A stretch of 64,000 bases of DNA from Octopus sinensis (Eukaryota): the NCBI RefSeq assembly GCF_006345805.1, contig NC_043008.1, positions 24,676,001 through 24,740,000 on the forward strand, read 5' to 3'. The notes below the pieces were generated by a model, which was not told the DNA's origin, did not search any database, and worked only from the letters and a program-made list of their open reading frames with translations. Each line of letters starts with the position of its first letter. Position 1 is the stretch's first letter. Shown in pieces: positions 39,640 to 52,504 of the stretch. The position numbers were made by a program, and so were the translations under genes.

Positions 39640-42600
39640 AATGGATAGATGTGTGTATATATATATATAGACATATGCACACATCTATGTATAAACCATT
39701 AGTTTCACACCTCAGTATCAACTTCAAGCTGTCGTTACATATCTCGTTTAATTCTCAGAAATACGGTTTATCCTCCTCCTCAGGCCACTTTGCTAAAATT
39801 AATGCACTATATTAATTAATGATGGTCTATTTACGCAAGATTAATCAATACAGCAAAGAATTATCACAATCATTCCTACTTTGTCATTAATTTTATGATG
39901 TGATATGATATATAACCGAGGAGAGTATTCAAATTTCACCAAAGGCAGGTACATATAATAACTAGTCAACGTTTGAATATTAGCTGCATTAAGACACTCG
40001 AAATGGAAGTTTTTCAATAATGTATATTGTCTAGGTATAAGGAATAGCTGGAAAATGTAGTTGTGTGACCCAGTGGTTTCCCTATTTCGGTGGTTGGAAA
40101 ACTGCAAAAATGAAATAAATCAAATGAAATAAATCAAGGCTCAAATGCAGAGTTATTATGGTTGATAAAGCAAATCGATACGCTATGTTACATGGACATC
40201 GATGAGAAACAGATTGCCCAAGCGTGAGCAGTATAAAAACGAAAAGTTCTAGTTCACTACCTGATTATCGAATCAACACATAAGGCCTAACTTTATGTCT
40301 TTTGGGAAAAAGTTATAGCAACGTCTTAAAAGGTGGCTTTACAGCAGGTGTCATGCGCAGCCGAAGAGATGGCATCTGTTGGCCTAAGTACCTAGATGCA
40401 GTTTCGAGCTTGAATGTGTGTGCGTCAAGTGATTTGTGTCGACGGTAGAACGAACGAGTGGAACGAGATACGTGTAAACGGTGGGAGTAACTCGGACATA
40501 CAGATGTATGTAAGCGAGCAAGCAAACAAGCAAAGCATTGTTGCGTATCGAAGACTCACAGCCGTTAGCATGCGCGTCCAGATGTGTGCGCGTCCGGACG
40601 TGTACGCGTCCGCGTGTTTACGCGCTTTGTGCCGGGCGTCGTGCTTGTGACGGAGCCAGTTTCCGTGTCCATTCGTCGCTGTCATGGCAGTGATCGTGCT
40701 GGTGTTTAGATTGCTGCTTGTCCCATTCTCGACGACGGGGAGTGCACCATCATTTCTTTTCTCCCCGTCTTCACCCTGCTCGTCCCCGTCGCCGTTGTTC
40801 TCCGCCACGATCGGCACTTTATCGAAGCTTAGCCGCAGTCGTCCGGCGGCCTACGGAGGAGGCGACAATGAAGGTGGCAGTTCTCGTGCCCGGCTCGTGA
40901 TGGTGCCCGTGTGCCCATGCTCATCCTCTCCTGCTCCCGCTCTCGCGTCTGCTGACGGCAGCACCCCGTGCTCCTGGTCGATATCGTATCCGCCGCCGAC
41001 TGGAAGCTTGCGGGTCGGCGGCGGGATAACAACCACGTTCTCGGTGACCACTGCACCCAAGGGGTCTCTGACAACTATGATAAGGCAGAGTGCGCGGAGG
41101 TAGTCCGCGTCGACCTCCGCTGCGCTGCGGAGCCTTGCTGAGGGCAAAATTTAAGAGTTTCAAAACCTTGAAATGCAATGTTCACTTACATTGCAGTAAT
41201 AGAAGTCAATGCCGCAAGCAATGTGACAAACTGTATGTGGTACGTGCAATTTGGATGATCAGCAGGACTAGTTTTGGAATTTCATATGTAAGCGTGCTAT
41301 CGTGGAGATAAATAGTGTACTTGTGTTTTTCTCACAAAACATTTAAGGAGGTTTCTTTGTCACTGATGAAAGTCCAACAAATAATTGAAACTGATTCTGC
41401 ATATCTATTTTACACCAACAAATGTTTCAGATGTAATTCGTTTGCAAGACAAATTATGTGAGGAGCGTACAATTAAAACCAACAGAACTTTGCCGAAAAG
41501 ACTGAAAGTTAAACTTTAAAGGTTAAAAAACCGTGAAATGCAATGTTTACTTACAGTAAATATCACCAACTATTTAAAAGTGCTACGTGAGATTTCACTA
41601 TTTGACACTGCACCTGCTTTCTTTTATGCAATCATAAATATCCTTGCCAGAAAAGGAAATGTGGCGGGTCAAAGACAAAACAGACGAAATCTAGGCCCTT
41701 GATTATTCTCATCATGCGAAGGCTCTCAAATGCAGATTAAGACAGTTATACGGTTTACGGATATGTGGTAACCTACCAATGAGGAATAAGGATGGGTCAC
41801 ATCTCTACACCTATGAGAGTAGCATCTAATTTCTCATGTGACAGTAAAATGTGCCTTACATGTTCAGGAAGATACCACTTTAGACGTGTCACCAACTACA
41901 AAGTCACTGATAACTCCATCCAGGAAACGAAAGTTAGAATATCTCCTTCCTTCACAGCATCCTCATAGGAATACAGAGTGTGTAAGGTATTTAAGGACAT
42001 ACGTTTGTGGGGTCATGGCTACATTTTTGCTAACTCTGTATAATCTTTGTTTTCGAAAATAATAATTATAGGCCCTCAGCTTACTCAAGAAATGAAAAGT
42101 CATGCTCCTATTGTAGTTATAAAGGCTGTGCATAGCGATTTTAAGATATCTCGATTTTTAAAAGTTGCCAGATCTTTCGTCTACAAAGTTTGTAACGGGC
42201 TAGAGACTGAAAATGGAAACGTATCACCAGTATCAAAGCATGAACAGCAATCTAAACGCTCTTAAATCATCAGAAAATCTGAATTTATCCAACAAGTTCA
42301 ACAGACCATTGATTACAATCCCAGAAGGTCCATGAAGTCAATTGCAAAAGATGTTCATATATCAGAAATGTTGTCCACAAAGACATCAGATATAAGTCTG
42401 ATATGATGCCGAAATGTCAATTTATCAGAGAAAGCAAACGAAAATCACTACATCAGATTTAAAAGGCCCTTAAACAAACTGAAAAATCCAGCAGTAGAAG
42501 ATTTGATTTGATTTTTATCCAACGAGAAAAACTTTGACCAAGATAAAATGTTAACAGAAGAAATGACAGATGGTTATATGCAGAACCTTCTGAAGTTCCA

Positions 42601-44330
42601 AGTGTTATGCATACAACATTTCCTGAAACTGTTATGCTTTTAGGAGTTGTCAGCAATGAAGGGCATGTGATGCCTCTTTATTCCTTTCCACAGTGCCTTA
42701 GACTTAACTCTGCCGTCTACACTGAGGTCCTGGAAATAATTGTTAAGCTCTGGATAGACATTGTATGCAATGGAAGGTCATGTGTTTCAGTTAGACTCTG
42801 CACTATCTCACATGGCTCTAGTAATACAGGAATAGATGACTGAAAATGTTTGTGAGCACATAATCCGCTAACATTTGGCCTCCTAATTCCCCAGATCTTA
42901 ATCCTTGGACTATTACACGTGGAGCGTTGTTGAGAGAGAGAGAGAGAGAGAGGGGGGGTCAATGAATACGCTCATAACACCAAATATTCTTTGAAAGCTG
43001 CCATAGTCAGAATAATGTCCAAGATTAACCAGGACCACTTAATTCGAACATGTAGATGATTTAGTTCTCATATAGAATCAGTTGTTAAAGCTGAGGTGGC
43101 TATATTGAACAACAATATAGAAAAGGTTTATATTTACTCTCATTGCATTTTTTGATAAATAATGATTATCTGTTAATATGTATCAGTTCTTTTTTTTTTT
43201 GTTTATAAACATAAATATGTCCTCAAATATCTTACGCACCCTGTAAAAATGTATCGAATTACTTGGTAAACTTCAATTTAATTCTTCTGAGGATATTGGA
43301 AATGTGGAAACCTCCCAAAATAACTCAAGAATGCACAGATAGACTACTTACATGAGGAAACGTGACTGAGAGGCTTGATGATTTTAGAGAGGAATTCCTG
43401 TTCCCTCAGAGGTATACACTAGCAAAATCACTGATCAAGTGATTGCACAGTATAGTTGAGTGAATTCGCCCTGGAAGCCTATGCATGACGGTATAATTTT
43501 TTCATCTTACGACAATTTCAGAAACCGTCTATAGGAAAGCGCAGCTCAATATTTATCTTATTCATCACCATTTTTTGTTTATAAGAGAAGATTTATGAAC
43601 CCTGTTTAAAAGACATGGGTGTCTGGATAAATTTGTGGTGATTTAAATATTTCGACGATGGTAACGAGAACTAGTGATTGTCCATATTTCCAATTGGATA
43701 ACGTGATTAAAAGCTTCCTAAACATACTCTCACTGGGTTGTAGATGTTACCGAGACTAATATTGACTAGGACGTACAATAATATGTGTATTCACAAAGTT
43801 TTCTTCGCTGGCATATACGCTCCACTAATTCATTCTAAGGATGATATTTTGAAAATTCTACATGGTTTTGGCCAAGCAACATATGTAAAATAAACCGAAG
43901 TCTTGCATCAATCTAAACTTGGCATGCTAGAACATGGACTTCCAACGTGGAAATTGTAAACTTGATGCCAAATGTAGAGATTTCATATGTATATTTTCTG
44001 GGTGTACAAACTGGATGAGAAACCTTATCACCTACTACAGCTTGGGGTATACTTTCACTATTTTCGTCAAAGCAAAGAAGCCTAAACCTTCTGTCAAAGG
44101 AGAAAACGTACTTGACAGTAGTAATATTATATTGTTCTATGACATACATCTTATCATCAATATAAAAGTAAACTAGCGAATGGTCAGATGTCGTAGCCTG
44201 GCGAAATCTGCTTTTCAACAAGGATATCCTGGCAGATTTATCTGGTTTGGCGAAATCCCAAATGCATCGAGTGTAACACATGATTTGTATGTAGTTCACA
44301 ATGCTCTCTAAATCCGGAAATCAGAAGGAT
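39640..44330 (-). pseudogene. unidentified decayed, probably spliced coding sequence
   Basis: Short GT-AG introns at 43287-43351, 41502-41554 and 41138-41189; a ~237-codon CpG-rich frame at 41137-40425 with one TAG; ORF 43913-44299. I recognise no protein family. Confidence 0.4.
41974..43243 (+). mobile_element. full-length decayed Tc1/mariner-superfamily transposon (maT/DD37D-like)
   Basis: TIRs CAGAGTGTGTAAGGTATTTAAGGACATA and the reverse complement CAGGGTGCGTAAGATATTTGAGGACATA, with TA duplications at 41972-41973 and 43244-43245. Transposase remnants include VMLLGVVSNEGHVMP and WPPNSPDLNP. Confidence 0.92.
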
Positions 44331-44728
44331 ATTAGTAATGTAAATATATAGAATATGTACAAGATGATTTGGTTTCCTAGAGCAAAACATCTTAAATTAT
44401 ATTAAAGGTGTTTATTGCGGGTAATACATTCTGCTAATTCTAACACCTACTTTCACATAACGGATCCTCGCATAGAAGGAAATTTTGGAAAAAAATATTT
44501 ATTTCTAAATGTTTCTGAATGGTACACTAATAATAATTTGGAAAATCATTAAATAAGCATTTAAAACTGATTGGACTGAATGTTATGAATGTTATGATTG
44601 TGCACGTGCACCAGAAGTGTTATCAAACAATGTCTTGAAACTAATAGTATTGCATAAAAACATATAATGTGTCTATTATATAATATTTCTCTCTCACCAG
44701 ATGGAGTAATATATATATATATATATAT

Positions 44729-44839
44729 TGGTCTGCTCACTTAGCCAGCGGGGTGGCGTCATTTGAAGGCTAAAACAATGCGAAGCGCATTGTGACCAGC
44801 GATGTGTAGCAATATCTGTAGCCTGGTCAGTCACGTGAT

Positions 44840-44850
<11 letters not shown>
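44729..44850 (-). mobile_element. short interspersed repeat fragment between (TA)n tracts
   Basis: GC-richer CACGTGATCACGTGAC...GACGCCACCCCGCTGGCTAAG segment that resembles a cephalopod retroposon as I recall it; not verified. Confidence 0.45.
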
Positions 44851-44880
<30 letters not shown>

Positions 44881-45533
44881 CAATCATTATATCCAGTTTA
44901 ACTTGAATGTCGTGTTAGAGAGCAGAGTACTGCATTATTTACTTTGAGAGATCTCATATAAACTCCTGCTACATAAAGGCACTCGTATTCATATCGGTGA
45001 CGAAATATAAACGTCTGCTACGGGCACCAGAACTGCCAAATTCCGGTATTTCACACTGCCTGGGCTACTCAGTGGCAGGCGTCCTGTACTAATATATCGG
45101 CTGGATCATCCTGTCGACGACGTATAGAATTTTAACCTTTGTCCAGGCACTAATGTCGCAAATAGTGACATGTATATTCATGTATATGTTATAAACACAA
45201 TATTAATAAATAGATATGTATTGTAGTCCACCGTGGAACTATATGAATATATTATTATAGAAAATTATCTAAAAACACTCAAACAAACTGAGTCCACAAC
45301 TTGTTCCAAAAGGTTTGCAAACCACCAGCGAGGCTCAAGAGACATTCGTGTCCATGGAACATGCTTAAGCTTTATTTCACTGAACCCTCACATATATATG
45401 TGTGTGTGTATGTGTGTTTGTGTGTGTGTGTTTGTGTGTGTGTGTGTGCGTGTGTGTGTGTGTGTGTGTGTATGTATTACTCAAACAAATTCCAATTTTG
45501 TCTGATTTTCACGTTTTATTTACAATCTTATAA

Positions 45534-47078
45534 TCTCTCTATATATAAAACTGAGAACGTATGTCTGTCTGTGTGTGTGTTTCCCTAAAACTTGAGAACT
45601 ACACAACCAATTTCATTCAAATTTTACACATGCCTTACTTAGAGTCCATGTAGTTTCATGGACAAAAAAATGTTCAACTTCTTGCCTAGGGCGAGCCCAT
45701 AGCAATATCATATCTTCTCCACTATTTCAGTATTACGTATTAAAAGTGAAACAAAAACATTTCTCTCTTTTATGTCAGATAATTTCACATTAACAGTAAA
45801 AATTAGAGATAATAATAACAATTGAATTATATGTAGTAAGTAATAATTAAAATCAAACTAAAGTATAATATAATCGTAACATAACAAAAGTAAAAATAGC
45901 GATTGGTATAAAATTGCATCAATGACTTGAACTTGAATAAGTGGTTTCACATGAATGGGAATAAATTAAAAATAAAATTAGTGTGCCGAAATGGAATAGT
46001 CCAGATGGAGCTGTGTACATACCGTTTACCACGGCTTTTACATTAGATTATCTACTAATTAGCTAGCATTAAGTATCTATATGAAGTTTGGCTGTATGTA
46101 ACGTCTATTTTCTCGAACAGCCGCTTCTACTGAGTACTGCTGTTGGTTTATTTCTTATACACAAAGGACTATTGCTTCAACTGCGTACTGCTTTTTTATT
46201 CACCGTAAGGTTTGTTGCTATTATTATTACTGTTTAACTATTGTTATCACGTTTGTTGATTCCTCGTAAGGGAAACGTTGTTGTGTTGCATTTGTTAAAT
46301 AATTGTAAATTGTAAACTCCCTTTGGGAGAAGGAGCTTTGGTTATTGTTTAAAAATTGAATTGTGTCCCTGTTTGTGGAAATTGACAATATTTTCACAGT
46401 TTATACGGAAGCATTTTTGTTAGAATGCCTTCGATGGTAGAAAGTCCAAAAATCAATTTTGCTGCAGCCGTCGGCGGGTGCGAACTCATTAAAATGTAAA
46501 TGGAAGAAATACAAACCTATTTCGGATTAAATTAAATTAAAGAAAAGACTATTGTCTATAAAGTATACAATGTAGAGAAAAAAATATTTGAACACCTGGA
46601 TGAAAGCACCATCGAAAAGTGTCTTGGGGCGACTATGAAAGCTATCTAACAAGAGGCGGTAAATTCGCCACAATAGAATCATGGTTCGAGTCAACGGAAC
46701 GTGCAAGGGAGTACTCGACTCGAACATTGCAAAGTGGGAATATATTATTTTTACCTTTATATCTGGGACGTAGGACGTCCCGGATAAAAATTAAAAATGT
46801 CCCCCCAGAAGTAGAGGTAGGCTGGATTGTAGCCACACTTCTATACAAGAGGAAGGACAAGATACAATTGATCGAAATTGCAAGAGACGGGCCTACAATT
46901 CCAGTCTGTTATATATTTTGAGTATTGTTATCACTAGCAATATCAAGATATAACTTTGTATTTTGTATTTTATGTGTAGATGTATATATATAGATGTACA
47001 TGTAATATGTACACATATATATACATATATATACATGCACTAGCACTATGACCTGGCAACGACGGATCATAATGCTAG
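45534..47078 (+). mobile_element. non-autonomous Helitron
   Basis: 5' A|TCTCTCTATATATAAAA...GTCTGTCTGTGTG start; 3' TATGACC...GGATCATA hairpin followed by CTAG|T. This fits an A^T insertion with no TSD. Confidence 0.8.
46500..46900 (+). pseudogene. coding fragment inside the Helitron, resembling a non-LTR ORF1/gag-like protein
   Basis: ORF 46619-46921 includes FATIESWF...ILFLPLYLGRRTSRIKIKNVPPEVEVGWI. The family assignment is by recollection only. Confidence 0.4.
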
Positions 47079-47619
47079 TAATATAATATAAGATAATTAT
47101 AATATAATGAAATGATAGATTGAACTAGTACTTTCATGCATTAAATTATGCAATCTTCAGGATCATGTAATAATGGTGACAGTTATGTTTTGCAATTTAC
47201 AACTGTTCTGAAATGGCTAAACTGTGTGCCATATATACACTTGTAAAGGCTCCAGAATATTAATTTTTTCAAACTGTATCCTGACCAATCTGTGTGTGGT
47301 TTTACCAAATTACTTGATTGGTGTTTGGTTTAGGCGTCACGGTTTGTTGTTCATGTGAAGAGACCTGTATTTTGATCCTGACCAATTGTAATTTTTTGAC
47401 TATTTTTAGAAATGTTGCAAACAACATTTCCCAGGGATTTTTACGTAACAATTATCTACGGGAAAAGAACTTTAAACACCAAAATAATATTACTTTTACT
47501 GACTTTTCTCTCGACTGAGCTAGTATTTTCTTGCTATCGTCATCACAAGTACCTTTAGTATTGTGGTTGTTAGTTTTAGTGGTCGTAGCAGTAGAAATGG
47601 TACTTCTAAGTATTAGTAG

Positions 47620-49733
47620 TATTGTTTATTTAGCTTCGGTTGAAATTTATTGATAAAGTTCTTTTCTCTGATTTTTCTCTCAATTTCACTCGGAATGTGT
47701 AGTTTGTAGAATGGAAATATAAATATTTTCCGAACTCATGTTGTTAGATGGTCACTCAGATGTATCTGGTGGACATCTGGGTCGTTAATTTGCTGTCGGT
47801 GCGCACGTGAATGTTCTGATTGTGCATTACAAGTCTGACCCGTGCATTACAAGTCTGACCCGTGCATTACAAGTCTGACCCACATATAGTTCTTCACAAT
47901 TCTGGTATTTGATGCTGTAAATTAAATTTCTACTTCTATAGTTCATATTTGCGTTTGTGAAAATACTTCCGGTTTTTGTGTTCATGAATTGGCATGTGCC
48001 ACATCGGTTACCGTTGCATTTAGATACAGTGAATGGTTGGCTTTTCTTGCTAAGGTCAAACTTTGCCTTTATTAATAATTTTTTCACGCTTTTAGGTTGT
48101 GTTTTTTTTACTAAGAACCATAGCTCGATCCCTGATTATATCTTTCAATTCATTACTTTGAGCAATGCTTGGTAGGTTTGCTTTGGCAATGCTGAAGATA
48201 TTCTAGTGACATGGGTTGTCTATAAATGGTATAAAGAGTATGACTTTTTCTTGTTTTCCACTTCTTTGGGTTTTCTAAGTTGTTGTATGAGTATTTTTAT
48301 AGCCCGCTGCATGCCATTTTCTATATGTAGAGACGGGTTTTTTTGTTTGATCAAAAGTTCTCTTAGTTCTGTTTGGCGTTTGTTCCTGATATCCGCATCT
48401 TCTACAACAGCAAAAATTCTTCTGGTTAGGCAGTATGGGATATTGCGTTTTGTATGTGGTGGATGGCACGACTTGAAATTCAGGTATTGATGTGTGTCCG
48501 TGTGTTTGTAGTATATATCTAGTAGTGTCATTTTTAATTACCATTATACCTAGGATTTGTAATTTGGTACTATTCATCTCCTTTGTAAATTGGAGAGATG
48601 GGCATAGGTTGTGCCGGAGGATATTGACCTCTTCTAGAGTATTTAGAGACTCTGTTCAGATTATGAAAGAATCGTCAAGGTATTTCTTCCATGCCTTTTC
48701 AATATAATTTCTAAATTCAGTGCTTGGTAGAGTTGTTCTTCTAAGTATCCCATTACAGAATTCACGTAAACGGGAGCAAACCGCGTTTCCATCGCCGTGC
48801 CTTTAATTTGGATGTAATTCTTTCCATTAAAGAAGAATGTCTTGTTTTGCAGAATAAGTCTGATTGTCTAATATAAATGGCACTGTAAATCCGTTGAGAT
48901 CCTTTCTCTATGTTTTCCTACCTAGTATTTAATCGCCTTCATTCCTGAATCATGTGGAAGATTGGTGTAAAGGCTTACCACATCAAAACTAAGTAGATAT
49001 GAATTTGTTTCAGTTGTTTTGAGAAGATGGGACAGGAACTCGATGTCATCCTGAATGAAAATGGGTTTGTAGGTACTTTTTGGTTTCAAGACAATGTCAA
49101 TAAAATTGTTTAGACGGTGGGTAGGGAATACTGGATCAACTATAATAGGTTTTAAGTCTTTTGGATGTAGAAAATCGTAACTTACGACTGAAGTTTACAC
49201 CTATATCAACAGTCAACAACCAAGAACTAAAGGAGGATATCCAAATATTCTGTCGTAAGTTATGACTTATAGACTTCTTAACTAATATAAGTAATGCGAT
49301 TTATGAATCCCTAGTAAAGAATAAATCAAATTTCAACCCACCTAAAGGAAGAAATAACTATGTTGACCAATATATTGATATCCTTTCAAAATTTCCCCTT
49401 AGACGCAATACTAATGTTAGGCCAAACATTAACAAATCCGAAATGTCTGCACTTAACCGTATAGAAAACGATCAAACAGTTATAATTGAACAAGCTGATA
49501 AAAGGAGTGCAATTGTCATTATGGGTGCAGAACACTATAAGGATTTGGTTGAGGTCCAACTGAATGACACAACTTTCTTGTGTGAAATACCTTCAAATAT
49601 AGACCACCACATCATAACGAAGATCAACAACCTGGTTTCAAACCACAACTCACCGATAACAGAAGAAACTATATCACCAATTTCGCGCCAAAACCCAGCA
49701 CCTTTTACAGCTTACCGAAAATACATAAACTAA
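47620..49733 (-). mobile_element. PLE (RT + GIY-YIG) with inverted 5' segment
   Basis: Minus 49190-47620: PTHRLNNFID, GTAMETRFAPVYVN, YYKHTDTHQYLNFKSCHP, C...RCGTC, LIYSI.YQNC.ELYVGQT, F.PKLN. Plus 49200-49733: N-terminal part NFNPPKGR...ADKRSAIVIM. Confidence 0.88.
47822..47881. repeat. perfect tandem triplication of a 20-bp unit
   Basis: GTGCATTACAAGTCTGACCC occurs three times with no spacers, inside the GIY-YIG coding region. Confidence 0.95.
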
Positions 49734-52504
49734 AAGATATTTGGCATGCAGTAAAAGAATAAGAATGTGTGTACATAGAATAAATCAGCGTCGAGATGTG
49801 AGTTCGAATCTCACGCGAGCGGGAAAACCTACTTTTTTTTCTGTCGAGGGCTTATATGCCCCATTATTAGACTATTTTCTTTAGTCATTACACGATGATC
49901 GCTTATAAGCTTTAAGCTTTTAAAATACTTCTATTATTATTTACAGAATTGTAAAAATCGATGCTGCTTAACAAAAATCATCGCAGTAAAAGCACATGAA
50001 AGTTTGTTTACAAAAATAACACCACGAACTAACTATAGTTCTTAAATCTCATGGAAAGAAGCAAGTTTGTACGTTGGTGTAAGCGTGCTAGCATATGTTT
50101 ATATATATAAATGTAAATAATTATATACATACGCACACACACACACGCTATATATATATATATATATACATCCATATGGACATACATGTTTCTCTGTATG
50201 CATGTGTGTCTATGAATACATATATTTTGAGAGAGAGATGGAGAGGGAGAGAGAGAAACAAGAGAGAGTGATAGGTAGAGGAAAAGAGGTAAATTTCTTG
50301 TGGGAAACAAAGTCATACTTACAAAGCGATATAGAAAATCTACCTGAGAAACAGAAATGAGCATTTGGGCTGTAGCTACAAATGATTAGTAATAGTAATA
50401 GTGAATGTCATGGCAATAGTATATGGAAGAGAAGTAGACGAACAACGACGGTGAAGAATAAAGAAATTGTGTAGGGGGAGTTGGGGAACGAAAAATGATA
50501 ATAGATGTGTTGTCAATTGATTTGTTGAGTCCAATTTTGTATAATTACTGTCGCTTTGTTTCATGGATAACAAATTTTAGTCAGCATCTCAAATGAACAT
50601 TTATTTACCGCCTCTGTCAATACTCTTAGAGTCTTTGATTCATAAAAGTTATTCAAGGATACATATCTAGACGACGTTAACTGGTGCTTAATGAAACTAA
50701 ATACTACAACTAAAGAGTTTGCCAATATTTCACCTCCTTCAAACTCAGGGAACGAAACAAAGTATATCAATGATATGAAGAAAAGGAAAATGAAGCTGAG
50801 TTAATTTTATGTTTATTGATATTTTTAAATAATTTTACATCGTCTAGCCAAGCTTGTAAGTAAAAATGCAATTCTTACCATTTAATTGTTTACTATGCGC
50901 AAAGGAGGAAAATAATATATGTACGAATAACTTATTGCAGATTATGCATGTATTGTGAAAATGATAATCATTGTTGAAGTAATTCGATTCAATCCCTAAT
51001 TCCAATATAGAATGTTGATATTAAAATCCTCAAAATATTATTTTCTTAACCTGTTATTTTCAGTCTCCTCGGAAATTATTCAAAATGTGAAATGGCTGTT
51101 CGAATCAATGTAATGATCTACTACTGCTCTCAGACACATTATTTGCTCCGAAGCACGATTTGTAACTGAATCGATCAACTCTCTAATGAATAAATAAATA
51201 AATAAACAAACAAATAAATAAAATTCATTAGTCTACAACCATTGTATTTATGCAGGTGAAAATTATAGAATGAGTTCCTAGGTTTAAACATTATCGCAGG
51301 ATATTTGTCTCCTTCATAATGGATTTTCATACGTGATCTTGCAATACTCGCTGATACACATTTGTCACATAGAGCAAAAGATATATGTGAATAATGCACT
51401 ATCTATGCGTACCAATGTATACAATGTCTATTTCTGGTTCTGCTCCTCATTCACTTTCCTCAACAGAATATCTCAGTATTATGAACCCTCTTAAAAAGAG
51501 ATCCAAATCTCTCTTAAAAAGAGATCCAAAATGAAAGACACTTAAGTGTTTGCATATAGGCTTTCCCTTTCATCGTAAACCGGTGATTACCGCCCGTTGA
51601 CAAGAGGCAACAAACTCGAAACTGCGGTCCGTGCGTATCACTTAGGCTTACGAGAGAGGGATGGCCTCCCTTTGCAAATACCATAAGGACACAGATAGTG
51701 TGCCTAAAGCCAGCTAAAGACGATGATCTTCTGGGGCTAAAAGCTACAGTAACACCCACCCTTTGTGGTTAGCCATATTGAGATGGCTATGATACTTTAC
51801 ATTGTCCAGCGGTTACTGTTTACATCTCGTTCAGAGATTTATTATTGCAAAATGAAGAAGTATTTAAGAAAATGGTAAACGAACAGCTAAAATCGCGAAA
51901 GACACAATTAATTGATGTTCTAAAACATTATATTAAACCTATCGGTCAAAATATGCAGATGATTAAATCATTCAATTGTCTTTAGTCAGCTATGCCTAAA
52001 TATCGATGTACATAGTGTTACCTTCTTTGTGACCTAATGTGATTATAAGCAGAGGTTAATATCGTTCAGTGCAATACCGCCTTCGTTAGCTAGAGGATCT
52101 ACAATGAAGCTATTTCTGGTCGAGAGATTATATGCTAAAATGACGAAAAATTAACAAAAAACAAAAGTAGACATTGTATTTTTACATTATCATAAAAATG
52201 AGAGGTGTGTGTAATAATATACCTTGAAGTAATATATGGATTATTTTAATTGATTACAATACAAAAGGAGTAGATTGTGCATTTCCCCTCTTTAATTCTA
52301 TTCATCTATATCTCGTATACACATGTACACACACCAATACACATACACACACATACATGCACACACGCTCACACACTTGCACACACACACACATACACAC
52401 ACACACACACACACGCAAACATAGATATTCAGGTCGTACACTAGTGGTTAGGATGTTGCTCGATTCCAGATACTGGCTGTGTGTTCTTGTGCAAAACATT
52501 TCAT

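Noticed and set aside
40200-40310. OTU-protease-like GSELELF motif on the minus strand
   Set aside because: It is an isolated short match flanked by stops, with no catalytic Cys or His motifs found.
40684-41103. Plus-strand 139-aa ORF
   Set aside because: It is most simply the antisense shadow of the longer minus-strand frame, and the splice signals are on the minus strand.
47822-47881. Three identical 20-bp repeats as a possible CRISPR array
   Set aside because: There are no spacers and no cas genes, the context is eukaryotic, and the repeats are a simple tandem triplication inside a PLE.
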